The notes under the pieces are model-generated. The model had not been told where the DNA came from. It was given only the letters and a program-made list of their open reading frames with translations, and made no database searches. A stretch of DNA of 64,000 nucleotides from Phoronis australis (taxonomy: Eukaryota > Animalia > Phoronida): assembly GCA_002633005.1 (NCBI GenBank), contig NMRA01000674.1, forward strand, positions 1 through 64,000, given 5' to 3'. This document shows positions 48,691 to 61,135 of the stretch, piece after piece; the stretch's first letter is position 1, and each line of letters starts with the position of its first letter. The position numbers and the translations under genes are program-made.

Positions 48691-48803
48691 GTGTAGGTCC
48701 GTATTCATACACAAAGAGGCTTGGTAAGGAAACAAACTAGACACCAAGGGATGTTGGTCCACTGGCAAAGAATACCATTGCCACACCAATTACGATTACT
48801 TAC

Positions 48804-48864
48804 ACTTTGCATCCTTCCTGCGGGCAGTCAGGAGAAAATCCTTGATTTCCACAATATTCTTAGG
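48804..48864 (-). CDS. RPL38: 60S ribosomal protein L38, coding exon 2
   Basis: 61 nt, TTGCAG / GTAAGT bounded: PKNIVEIKDFLLTARRKDAK(S). Confidence 0.97.
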
Positions 48865-49019
48865 CTGCAACACAGAAATAAAATGCTTCATGCACAGTGG
48901 ATATGCATCATGGCACCTTTTACCGTTTGTGGATCAAACGGGAAATATAATAACTTTATAATGGAATCTGGAATTGTGCCCCCCTGAATACAGCCAGGTA
49001 CCAGGCAAGTAATTTTCTA

Positions 49020-49151
49020 AAATGTCGAAGCGCTTATGAAGTGGATTGAGACATGGCAAACTTTCCACTTTATCCATTTTATCGTGTTAGAGTTTAGAAC
49101 AGATATTGTACAGCAATGTGAATTATATTGCAAGGTGTGACACTCAACGGC
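49020..49151 (-). ncRNA. Candidate box H/ACA snoRNA
   Basis: Hairpin (GTTGAGT/ACTCTAAC, GCAAT/ATTGC), H box ATAAAA (49077-49082), hairpin (AAGTGGA/TCCACTT), then ACA-TTT; ~132 nt. Confidence 0.45.
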
Positions 49152-49672
49152 TTTATCAACCATAGCCCTGCGCCAAAATGACGATATTGAATGGAAACCA
49201 GTCTCAGATTCGTCTGCATGGACTGGATTATAGTACAATCGCCTACTATGCTGGCCAATGCCGATCCACTGTAACTGATTTGTGTTGAGCAAGACGATAT
49301 CAATGGAAGTTTCGTTATAGACAGACTGAATTACTTTATTACGTCTGAAAAGTTCAAATATTTTTTGTTCAGCGTTCATCAGGTCGTGAATAATTGAATT
49401 GTAACAATGTTTTTGAAGGAGATATTTTCTCTGTCAACCAATCAGATTGTTTGACAATGACTAGTAGCCATTCTCAAGGTCATGCTGCATCTATTTTGTA
49501 GCTTCATGGTCTGTAAAAATGCAGTTGGTTTGACATCCACCGAGTTGTAACACGCCTATGCCATGCTCTGCTTTAAGGTTGCTTATTATCACCTCAGTGA
49601 TATTTACAAAGCTTTACTAGTTGAAATTAGGATTTGTTATTTTGTGAAGTTGCATGAAACCGGCAAAGAAAT

Positions 49673-51236
49673 GTGACCCACCACGACAAAATGAGTCTTA
49701 AGTCAGAAACTCTATTTCCTGACCAGACTGCAAACAGTCGCTATCGGTTAAAATTAGGTCAATTTTTTTATTGCAGATTATGATTATTTATTCGTTCTAC
49801 TTCACAAAACAATACTTTAAAACAAGCAAACTTCATTTTAAACCTTATTTACTTCATTTTGAAAAACATCACCTTCTCGACTGCATATCTCGTGAAATTT
49901 TCATCGAAATTTGCCGGTTTTCGTGTCCTCATTGCTCAGTCTTCCGATGACCTAATTCGCTCGTAAACACATCAACAGAAAGGTCAAACTCATTATGCAT
50001 GTAGTAAGCTCTTTGAGTTTTTCGTCCAATCATCAGTCGTTATTTCACTTTTTGCATTTGGGGTATTTTCAACAGAAGTGTCACTCACCAGTCTTTTGGC
50101 TATCAACGCCCTTTTAACCCAATGCATCGCTGACCTCATTCACTAGAACTAATTAAGTGGGTGTGAAACTATGGGGTCGCGAGGTCACGGCATGTTTTCA
50201 AGACAGTAAGATGGCTGGTCGCCGTGTAGCTGATATCTCAGTGATTAACTCTTGCCTCTGACTGATGTATCAAGATCAGCGAGAATTAACTGAACTCATG
50301 AAAGAGCACATTTGTTGATGGAGACGAGGAATTATGTGACAGCGACAAGTCGTCCGACGACAGCAACTCGTCGCCAGATGAGTTTCATGATCGACCCATC
50401 GCGAATACGGTTACGTTGGATTCCAAGTCGTTGGATTGGAACAAACAGAACTTGAAGAAAACAGTCCGGATCAGCTTAATCGCACAACAATGTCATGTAT
50501 CTGCAAAGCCAGTGGATCGGGGTGCAAGCAGCTGAATATTACTGCAAGAGAGAACAATCTTCAATAGGGCTGAATCACTCGGTGAGAAGTCGAGGAAATC
50601 GTTGCTCTTCAGTCAGTGTCAGTGGACTTGGATAGGGATGAGCGATTGTCATTTTTTTTCAAAATTATTCACACTAGCGCAAAATTTTGAATTATTTTGA
50701 ACAAAAATCAGCCAGAAACTTGTATTTTGTAATCTACAGGACTTCATTTTATTAAACTTCTACAAAATACACTTTAACTACTTGTTTTACTTGCGGTAAC
50801 CCCTCCTGCCACAAGTGGACTGACCCTATATACATTAGCTGGGAAATTTATTTACCCAGTTGCAGCAACCCAACATGAATATCACTCCTTTTTGGCTAAG
50901 ATCACATAATAAGGTCTATATTCTTTCTAATTTTTGATTACTTTTATTTGTTTATGTTGTTGTGTATACTAATAAGTCTGAAATGTAGCATTCAACTGCA
51001 GGTTGCTATGGAAATTTTAAAGACACTATCAGCACTTTTTGTCGGCCATTTTCCTTGACTTTTGAAAGCTCTAAATTTTCGCTTTCCCCGAATAGAATTG
51101 GCAATAACTCGGTCATTTGTGAAAATAAGGACATGTTTCATACCTAAAAATGATCAGAAAACACTGTATTTTCAGAAAAAATAATTAAAGAAATGACAAA
51201 TCCCAACTTAAGACTCATTTTGTGGTGGTGGGTCAC
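49673..51236. mobile_element. Non-autonomous TIR element with 4-bp AAAT TSD (Sola1-like), in an RPL38 intron
   Basis: TIR GTGACCCACCAC(G/C)ACAAAATGAGTCTTAAG; AAAT at 49669-49672 and 51237-51240. Confidence 0.8.
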
Positions 51237-52314
51237 AAATGTGTATTTAACATTGCAATCTGTTCTTTTTCATTACTACCAAAATATTCCTGAAGATGCG
51301 CCATAATTTCAATTGAGCACTGTGAACCCGTCCTGCCGCGTCCAGTTCCTATCACAAGTTTTTTTGAGATTAAAATATGTTAGAATGTTACAAAACTCTT
51401 CATACAGAGACCACGCCATGACAGTTCATTGCCTATTTGTCTTGCAAAGTATCCTTTACCCAAATACTTCCACTACATGATGCTCGGGTTGAATTCTAGT
51501 CTATAATGAGAAACTTGGAGAATGCACCTAACTGCACCCCAATACATCTAGCTTTTAAAATTTTGCCTGGGGAAGGTCCAGGGCTTGGAATGACCAATGA
51601 CAAAAAAGCAGAAACTTTAACGGCCCAAAACATGCGCGCTTCACAGCCTTGGAATAGTCGATGCGGCCTTTTTGCCGACAAAAATCGGGAGGACTAAAAA
51701 AATACTAATAATAAAAAAAAAAACGGTACCACCTCCAGAGAAGCGTGCGTCTGCGTCTTTTTAGCTCGTCCACCCACTCCCACCTCCACACATTTTTGGC
51801 TGCAGAGCCGTAGTATTTGACACCGCGGTTTACAATCACATGAGACGCCATTGAAAAATCCACCACGCTATCCCAGATGCCCTGGCAATGTTGACAATTT
51901 ACGTTCCTCGAAAACATAAAGAGCAACTTCCGCATTTCGAGGTGAAAGTCGTCAGCAACGCCGCAGTAAAAAATAAATTTGCCGCCAAAATTTTATATCA
52001 AATCAAATTTTTTTGCGGAAGTATAATAAAATACACGGACAGAACATCTGAAAACTGCGGAAATCTGTGTTTCCGTGGCAAATTCCAAGCCTTGAAGGTC
52101 TCCCACCCCCCTCATGGGAGGATCTCACTTCCCATGCTCACATGTGGTGCCAGGTTCCGCATCCGCTGCGACCATGACCATTCATCACCATGCTCCTTTT
52201 GAAAGTCAGACAATAGGGATTCCACTTCCCATATTTGCGTGCGGCAACAGGGTTTGCATCCCGTTTTGGCCATTCACCACGTTTCTTGCTAAACCCAGTC
52301 AACCTGTAACTTAC

Positions 52315-52317
52315 CAT
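52315..52317 (-). CDS. RPL38: RPL38 start codon, at the end of a 27-nt exon (52315-52341)
   Basis: TTGTAG|CTTCAAGTCAAGGCACCAAAAATAATG|GTAAGT. ATG directly before the donor completes a 70-aa eL38. Confidence 0.85.
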
Positions 52318-52587
52318 TATTTTTGGTGCCTTGACTTGAAGCTACAACAAAGGAAAATAAGACTACAGTAAACAAAGGAACATACCACTTTCTCGTTAGC
52401 TGACGAAAATTTAATACCTCGAGAATCATTAACAGATTGCAAAACTTGAAAATGTAATGTAAATGTCAAGTCAAGTCGCATTTGTTTTTCTGAAGAAATC
52501 ATTATTTTGCAGGAGTTCCCTGACCCCCATTTCTTTGCTTATATCATTTAATGAGCTCGATTCATATCACAACATTCAGCATTCCAT

Positions 52588-52688
52588 GTGTGCCAGAATC
52601 AGAATACATAGTAAGCTTGGTTATATTCATAGTACCAACAGTACTCCCATAAGGGGTGTCAAAGCTTAGATCATCATTGCTGACACAC
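52588..52688 (-). ncRNA. Box C/D snoRNA, SNORD60-like, copy B (RPL38 5'UTR intron)
   Basis: C box ATGATGA (52671-52677), D box CTGA (52599-52602), GTGTGTCAG/CTGGCACAC stem, same guide segment as copy A. Confidence 0.8.
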
Positions 52689-53603
52689 ACGAGCACTGGT
52701 AGGAGACAAACAAGCCAAAAGCATTGGATCATTAAACCTTTTTGGCAATGTTTAAAAAAAATGTCCTACATGCCTTAGGCTCAGAATACAGACAGTGGTC
52801 GTAACTGGTGGCCTGTTCTGTTTGCCTACTATAGACAAGAAACATCCAGATTGATTATCAAACAATAAGTTTTGCATATCGATATTGTTCACGGACATAC
52901 CTATTTACAGGCATTTTTTGTCGAATGAGCCTGCGACGTCATCAGGAAAAACTTCATTCCACAGATGTAATCAGTGTTCTCCACAAAACTATATCCAAAC
53001 TCGACGCAAATTTCTATATGTTCAATATTAGTAGTCAACATTGTCTTCACTGGCGGTTTTTATGTTTCAAAACTGCACACTGAACTTGTGTGACCTACTT
53101 TTTGACACTTTCAAGTATACCCTTCCTACCAGTGTGTCACATAAGTCCTCCAAAGCATTCATGACAGGCACAGAACAGCAAACGAAAGATTAAAAGTTCT
53201 TTTAATAATGTACCAATACCAATTCTTATATCAATTATACATATTAAATACTACTAACATGTGTTCTGGTGTGACCTAATTTTCAGTGACACCTGTTGTT
53301 CAGTTGACTAAGCTAATAAGTTCTAACTTGCCACCAAATGTCAGTCAAAATCAAAATTGTATTTATTAAGCATATCATATTGTTCCTTTACAGGTTTAAA
53401 TGCAAAATTTTAAGGTTAGAATGACAAAGCAGATTAGTCATTCGTTTAAGCAAGATAGTTGACTCCACGCAGTTTTGTAATGTAAAGAATTCCATCAGAT
53501 TTTCATACTTTTAGATTACTCTTGTAATGCCATGCGGTGTTAAATATATTGAAAACTGCCTCAGAGGAAGTGAATTGAGCTTGATGTTGGTAAAATCAGG
53601 CTA

Positions 53604-54917
53604 CCGTATTCACCCTAATAAGCGTCCAGGGCGCTTAGAAAAATTCGCTTCAAGAAAGAGGCGCTTATTATAGCCCAAAAGTGGTTGAAACCCGGTCTTC
53701 GAAACAGGTGAAATCGTAAGCTAGAATTCATCAAACTTATGCTCTGTGACGCATCTGTAACCAATGACAGAGGTTCAACAAAATTGTGCATTGCTATCAA
53801 ACATCGTTTTTAAGTTACGAGCATTTTCTAGAAAATCCCAGTGCGAATATTCCCCAACTGGAGCCTGCCTAGCTGCCACACGATTGCCAATAGGACAACT
53901 TAAATTCTTAAGTAAAAATACAGTTTCGACTCAAGAAATTACCTGAAATCCTCCTTAACTTTTCAAAATAGTGTCTAAGATTTTTAAGTTCCTGTGGAGT
54001 CAGGATTAACTGCATTTCAAATCCAAATCTGCGCTAGATTGTACTCCGCAGCACAAGAAAAATCTCTAAACGAACACACTTGTTGTCACGTGATGTTTGT
54101 TTTTAAGTTCGTCTGCGTATTGTGTGAGAGCGAGCGCGTGCGTGTCATCAGATTTCATTTGCCAGAGTAAACGCGATGTAACAATCTAGGTGAGCATTGT
54201 AACGAAAGCAGTAAAGCAGAACATGTTTTATTTAGCACACTGCTAAAAACGCACGAGAATTGTCTCAGCCTGTCCGATGGGGGTCATTTTGACTTTAAAA
54301 ACACCAATTATGACTAATTTAATAATTCCCTCTTTCAAATAACGCTAACGTTTTTTAGGGTACAAGAAAATTTTGGAAATAAGTGCCAGTACATTTCTTG
54401 CCGATGCTATGCTACGCGTTTCATGAATAGATAGTTCCCGAAGACTAATCTTTGATAACAGATTCTTGAATGTAGCGCGCGCTTCCTAGCCACGTGCTTT
54501 TAACTGAAAGGTCAAGTTTTTATTATTCTTCGATTCGCAGTTTTCACGTGTACAAAGATTTAGATACCTGCTGAGGGAGAAGATCTGTACAGGAAAGATA
54601 CAATACAATACAATACAATCCCTTTGACAAGTACGCTGCGTCTGTTCTGAAGCACGCCAGAAGTTTGAAGTGTATAGTTACGGCTAAAGACCGACATAGC
54701 GGAGCGGCTCGTGGTCAACAAATTCTGCGCACCATAATTTTTTCAGGACAGTCGGTCTTATTGATAAATTGAAGACATGACTGTAGAATTTTTGAACTAT
54801 TGGTAAGTCATTTTTCGCACGTGCAATGTGTTCATGGACTGGGCGCTTATTTTAGCAACGTCTGAAAACGTGAGGGGGAGCTTATAGGGGCATGGGCACT
54901 TCTTAGGGCGAATACAG
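53604..54917. mobile_element. Tc1/mariner (pogo/Tigger-like) non-autonomous element with TA TSD
   Basis: TA|CCGTATTCACCCTAATAAG...CTTCTTAGGGCGAATACAG|TA; GGGCGCTTA subrepeats. Confidence 0.75.
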
Positions 54918-55465
54918 TATGCTTCGGTGCTGAGGGCTGAAGTGCCAAGCCAGCAGTTTTTGCGTTTTGACGCACATTCCCCAAACTCGACGCAGCAAAA
55001 TCCAAGCTTGTTACCGCGATGAGTCAAACCAGGTCACGGAGAATAATTACTAATTATTTTGATTGAAACGTGCAGAGAGCTCTTCATTAATCACAAATCA
55101 TTTCAATCTCTCGTCAAATAACTTAGCAGGAAGATCAACCCATGATCCTCCGCAACNATTTTAGCAACGTCTGAAAACGTGAGGGGGAGCTTATAGGGGC
55201 ATGGGCACTTCTTAGGGCGAATACAGTATGCTTCAGTGCTGAGGGCTGAAGTGCCAAGCCAGCAGTTTTTGCGTTTTGACGCACATTCCCCAAACTCGAC
55301 GCAGCAAAATCCAAGCTTGTTACCGCGATGAGTCAAACCAGGTCACGGAGAATAATTACTAATTATTTTGATTGAAACGTGCAGAGAGCTCTTCATTAAT
55401 CACAAATCATTTCAATCTCTCGTCAAATAACTTAGCAGGAAGATCAACCCATGATCCTCCGCAAC
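54849..55465. other. 308-bp direct duplication around a single N: probable contig-overlap artefact
   Basis: 54849-55156 equals 55158-55465 apart from one G/A difference; N at 55157. Confidence 0.85.
55015..55045 (-). promoter_or_regulatory. Candidate RPL38 non-coding first exon with TOP-like start (duplicated at ~55324-55354)
   Basis: Minus strand TTCTCCGTGACCTGGTTTGACTCATCGCG|GTAACA in a CpG-rich patch upstream of the ATG exon. Inference only. Confidence 0.35.
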
Positions 55466-58400
55466 ACGATTGCTTGCCTCTAGGCGCTGTGAAAGCATAC
55501 TCGTCTGTGCTACCATATCTCAGCCTGACTGGCAGGCAGGTAACTTTGCCTCAACTCTCTGTACATTTTAGTTACCAGTACAAAGACTACAAAGGATATT
55601 AAATAAAAAGTTGATTGCAGGAGTATTTGTTAAAGATGGAACGGTTTAAGGACTCTACTGCCGTCAAAGGTGTCCACCTACACTCAACAGGAACATACAG
55701 AACTTTGACAGTTTAACAAGGGTTAAGCGCATTTTGCAGAATGTCTTCCTTTAAGAGTATAATAAAATGCCGTTAAGGGGCATTGTCCATAGTTTGGAAT
55801 GCTCAGTTTCTTTGATGATTGAAAAAATAAAATACGCCAAAATAATGTTACAAGACAATTATGTCTTAATATCAAAGGCTGCCACGTTACCTAGGATTAC
55901 CAAGTGATGATAAAGGCGATAAAACGAAACCTCGTCCTCAAATTCGAGCAAATCTGCCTTGCCCTAAAACCGTTATTAACTTTCTGTTAACATCCATATG
56001 CGCTCAGAGAGTGATTCCGAAATATAAAGTTTATTTTCAGGTCTCGCAGCCATAACACACGACGAAATGATTCCATAACAACAAGATGAAGACCGATTTT
56101 TTCAGCAGTCTAACTACACCCCTTACCAGCTCAGAGACTCCAAAATGAAAAAGGCCGGAAATCAGTTGAACGATGGGAAATCTGCATGACAGTGCCATCT
56201 TTCGGCCAAAAGCAGAATTTGAAAAAAGTCTGCCCTCAGACTAGGCTAAATATATCTGAGGTCTGCCAAATTCAAATCAAGATACACCTGTGTCACTTAA
56301 CGCATATTTCTGATGTGATTATTTGGATTACCACCATATTTTAGAAATAACGTTGAATCCCTGGGTTTTGAGAATAAGTCGTTAAACAATGGTCGTTCAT
56401 CCCTCAGGATAACTCAACATCCTCGCTGGTTCCCCTAGCCAGCATGCTGGCTACCACCAAGCGGCACGCAGGGAACCAGAGAGCTCAACATCACGCTCCA
56501 CGAGTCCACGTGAACATCGAGAATTCACCTATCGCAAGCTCCGCCTCCTCGCGAAAAGTCACGTGATACCCGACAGATGTCAGAGGCAGACACGGTCGCT
56601 AAACGACGTGGATGTACTGAAAGCTGCGACGATCGGAAAAAATACGAAGTGCCAACGGCGGGTTCGAGGAAAAGTGTTTCGGAGCCAGCGAAAATCCGAA
56701 GAACCCCGGCGCAGGCCGTTCACCTCAGTTCACTTGAAAACTGACCAAGGCCACTGATCCCGGCGATATGTTTATGTAAAGCTGGATATTTACCTTAAAG
56801 TCGAATTATCTGTACGATGCCATAGATTTCAGGATATTTCGAACAAAAGAAGTGAAGATTCGCCGATATTTTTATTCTGCCATCTGCTAAATTCCGCCAA
56901 ATGAAAAGTAGGTCACAACTGCTTGTATTCTTAAGCAAAGTAGGTCTAGTCTATAGCATTGTTTATACTTTTTAATTAAAAAAATCAGGTCGGTAGCTCA
57001 GGCACATACTCGTCTTATCCTACGCAAGCAGTTAGCTCCGGTAGGTCTAGGGCTGTGTCTAAAAGTCAAATTAACGCATGGAATTGGCAATAATTCAGTG
57101 CACAATAAAGACAAATCTTCTGATGAACTTCATATTTTTTGTAGTTTCATCAGTTGCATAGAGGTAGTTTGCATTTAATTTTAAAAGTAACATGACCACT
57201 AAGCTGTGGCATGGTAACAAAAAATGACAAGTCTGGTGTAATGGCAAAAAGTGGCCATTTACAAAAATACTAAATCTTCATAAATCCAAGTATCGTGTTT
57301 GAACAACTACAACATGAGCTCGACTCCTTTACTCTGCAAGCGTAGTGTATACTAGAGGTTTTGAACAAGAAGTAATTCAATAGTTTGTTTTTTCGTGGCA
57401 ACAGCTCGCACGAGGCTTTGAGTTCAGTAATCTGGTGCCCTCCCAGCATGTGCCGATCGAATCTAGCAATTTTGGTGAGAAGTTCAGTTGAACGCCCGCC
57501 AGCCTACGGGTATATGAACAGCAAAAAATGTACCTGTGCTACGAAACAGAACGATGTTCATTATAGGTCGAAAAAAAAAGAAAAATAATAAAAAAATGTC
57601 CTTAAAAACAACTTCCCGGGGACTATAGTACCGCTAGACTAGTACTGGGACCCAGCAGATGCTGAGACAAAGGCCCCCATACAAGTGAAACTCCGGAGTC
57701 AAAGTCCGGCCGATAGCCCTACAGCATAGCCACCAAACTGAAAAGTACGTATCTTGGAACAAATATATGAATTTTGTGTTTAACCTTCGAGTAATCCAGC
57801 AACATTGTTAAGTTCAGCTGCTCTTGGCCATCCACGCACACTTTGATCCATCGTTTACACAACTGGCAACACTTTTCGGCTTAGGAAATGCTAAAAAAAT
57901 TACGGGATATTTTTCTCGAGATGTATAACGGCTTTCAGAACTACACACGCCGTATCAGAGTAGACACCGTTGAACATCATTGTTATCGCACATTTTTTAG
58001 CTATAGACTAAAATAAGCTTTACTGACAACGACATTATTTGTCGGGTAAAATGGTGACTTGGAAATGCAAACGAAAAATGCTGTTAGTTAAGACGTCAGT
58101 CATAATCCTGGCCGTAGGTCAATCATCAGTGGGCAAAGTCTCCTAACTGTCTAAAATTCGTTATAAAGGTATTGTAGCATTCAAATATATTCGAAAATGC
58201 TCTTGGAGTTCTTTTTTGGGAATCGCTTACTTCACTGACTTGCATCATGCTGTGCTGTCGACGTTAGATTCGGGGCGAGATCAGACATGCTATTTGCCGT
58301 TAACAATTAAAACATCCATTTTGTCAGCCAGCTGTTTGTCGAATGACTTAGCTCATCACTAGTGAGAGGGAGATTAGAAATTGTGCGGTGTCAACCGAGT

Positions 58401-58587
58401 TTTTCCTTTGCACGCATTTCAAAATAGTGAATTTTTTGATTTTTTCTCGAAATTCCCTCACAGGGGAAAGTGTAGTAGACGTTGTCAGACGGTACTTTCG
58501 TCAGGAATTGTTTAAAGATGTTTGACGAACATACACGTTCCATGCCTCGTTAAACCTTATAACTGAACCGTTTTTTTATTACATTAA

Positions 58588-60283
58588 AGGAGAATGCCAC
58601 CCGATTTAATTAGTCTTTTTTAACGTCTTAATCGGTCTATATCCACATCGCCTCTTATACGGTCGACCTCACCTTGCCGAGAGGTGTCGCGTTAACCTAT
58701 GAGGAAGGTGAGAAGCGACGCAGCGACGTCAGGGGTACGTCTCCAGAGTGAATGCAGCTATATATATTGCGGTGCATCGGTTACAGCTTGTCCGAACTAT
58801 GAAGCTGCGAGGAAAGCGAGTATATCGTTTTTTCGACTTCCTCAAGAGTCCGAAATGCTTAGGAAGTGACTCACGGTAGTGAAGAATGAAACGTATACTG
58901 TTTATAGCAAGTATGGGGACGTGAAACATCTCCGTGTATGTGGCCGGCATTTCGTCGACAGTGATTTCTCTGAAGAATTCCGGCTTACAAAAGAACTAAC
59001 CATACGGTCCGTTGCCTGTGCATGTTCACGACGCCGCTCTAGTATTGCTTGATCAGTATCAGTATATTCGGGTTCGAACTGATAGCGTGTGATACCTAAC
59101 GATCCGTCTGTGAAGTCCGTCGGATGAGCTTTTGGCTAAGTCGGGATTGCCCCGGCGAGTTGCAACGTAGACGTTTATTATTCAGCGTTCTGTTTCAAAA
59201 TGAGTTATTCTCAGCCTGAAATGATCCTAACCAATGCAGCTTATATGAAACTGATACAAAGTCTGTCTCATTAGATACAATTTGTGATGCCTTGGAGTGC
59301 CCATGAGCGCAAATGTTTTGAGAAGCCAGCAAACAATAAACCACTGCGTTACCGGCTTTTGATGCCGGCAACAAAGAGTAGGCCTAATTGACCGGGCACC
59401 GAGGCCGTGTGAGTGCATGCTACTAGTCAATTTGCTGACGGAAAGCTGTTGTGAAACAGTTACTCGATTTTACATGCTATTGTCACATGTTAGGAGAATC
59501 TTTGTTTGAAATACAAATACATTATTCAAATCATTGTTACTGGACAACCTTTGTCCTGACGGTCTGTGGCCAAGGGGAACCCAACTTCGCGGCCCCCGAC
59601 AAGTAAGTAGATTTTCAGTTCCGTCACGGGCTAATTCTCATAAATAATTACGTGCGCGTTATTTCTTTGGCTCACTATTGTAGTCTTTTCGTGACCGGAG
59701 GTTTAGTTTCCAACTCAAGCTGGTTTTGGTGCCAGTCCCGGCGGCACCGGCCGACGGGCCTGATCGGGTTCCGAGCCACTGGCCAATAACAAGCGTTTTT
59801 GTTGTGAGTTTAGAACTCAAAAAAACACAAGTATAAACAACACAGATCTAGGTTCTCCTGTCTGTATTTAACGGAAGAATACTTCGAATTTATCTTCGAA
59901 CAGACTCCAAACTCCAGCCACGGACCTTGGTAAATTGGCCAGCCGAACTTCGTAGACTACGTTGTGTCCAAATATCAGTAAATCCGTAACAGCGAAATAA
60001 AACAACACGTTTTTATAAAAACTCGGTTTATTTTTAAGGTTTTACATCGAAGTTTGATGATTTATTGGTGTTAAACGATGACTTCAAGCGATAAGCTAAC
60101 ACCACTAACCCGTGTTGTGAACTGCTGAACAGACTGCGTGTGAAACCAATTACGTCATTGGATAATTTGAACACCTCCGTGTGCGTCAGGTGTCAGGTAA
60201 CGCAACCGAACCTGCCGTTATGGAGTAGAACTACTCGATCTAAATTGATACAAAATAGGTTGTTTTTTGGGTGGCATTCTCGT
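58588..60283 (+). mobile_element. Kolobok-type non-autonomous DNA transposon, copy 2
   Basis: TTAA at 58584-58587 and 60284-60287; same TIR as and colinear with copy 1. THAP remnant C...ACPNYEAARKASISFFRLPQESEMLRK*LTVVK...LRVCGRHFVDSDF (~58770-59000). Confidence 0.9.
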
Positions 60284-60595
60284 TTAAAATGTAACAGCAT
60301 CACTTCTTTCCAATGTTCCAACTTCTTAATAGTAAACCTATAAAATTATATTGATTCAAAATCCTTGATGATAACAGAATCTTTTAATGTGCACAAAGTA
60401 ATACTCAGATGTTCGTGATAACGTGACTGCATTTTTTTCTAAAAAAATCTTGATTTTTCACTGAGATCGCCATAATTTCCACAAACACATTTTTTCAATT
60501 TCTTTAATCCATTAGCTACAAACGTGAGTCTGAGATTTTCTTTAAAGGTCATTTAGCCGGAGACCTCTATTGTCAAAAATGAAGACGTCGCTTTT

Positions 60596-60915
60596 CCTGA
60601 CTTGATTTATCAGCTTACTTGCCCTCCTAACGAATGTATTCGTTCTAATACTGATAGTTCAAGATATGTTGGCTAGACAACTTGTACTTTATCTCGCCGG
60701 TTATCTATGCATCTACAAAATGGTTCCATTAAAGATCACTTTCGAACACTAGACGAAAACAAAATGTCCCGTTCTGACATTGTTGACAATACCATCGTTA
60801 GGTATTTCGAACTGGATATCTTTCGTCTGAAAATTCTCGAAGCTTTAATAATAAAAACCGAAACTCCTGGCATAAATTCCCAAGATACTGGGTTCCATCG
60901 TATCTTGTTGTTATA
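60596..60915 (+). mobile_element. Penelope-like retroelement remnant: GIY-YIG endonuclease C-terminus
   Basis: LIYQLTCP...RYVG*TTCTLSRRLSMHLQNGSIKDH...RLKILEALIIK...PGINSQ, with an in-frame stop near 60674. Confidence 0.8.
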
Positions 60916-61135
60916 TAAATTATGTCCATATTTTGTGATACCTATGCATTTCATTTATTTTTACAACATTTTATAGTAGCTTAGTTCCCATGACAGTTTC
61001 TTCTGAAATTGCGCTACCTTATATTCGTGTTTAAAGTCATTGTTCTTGTTTCATGTATCATACACGATAGCGTTTATAATTTTATACGTTACGTTGTGTA
61101 AAACGCACGTTGTAAGTCACACAATCTAACTGAAG

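Noticed and set aside
48560-49500. Apparent EGF/C-type-lectin-like pseudo-exons on - (e.g. LQWIGIG, WWGRKCE)
   Set aside because: Stop-riddled and better explained as RPL38 intron containing snoRNA candidates.
52760-52950. Further C/D- or H/ACA-like boxes on - upstream of the SNORD60-like copy B
   Set aside because: Boxes are present but lack a convincing terminal stem or H box; left for a covariance-model scan.
55774-57605. Possible further TTAA-GG...CC-TTAA element with a CpG-rich core
   Set aside because: Terminal inverted match too short to support boundaries.
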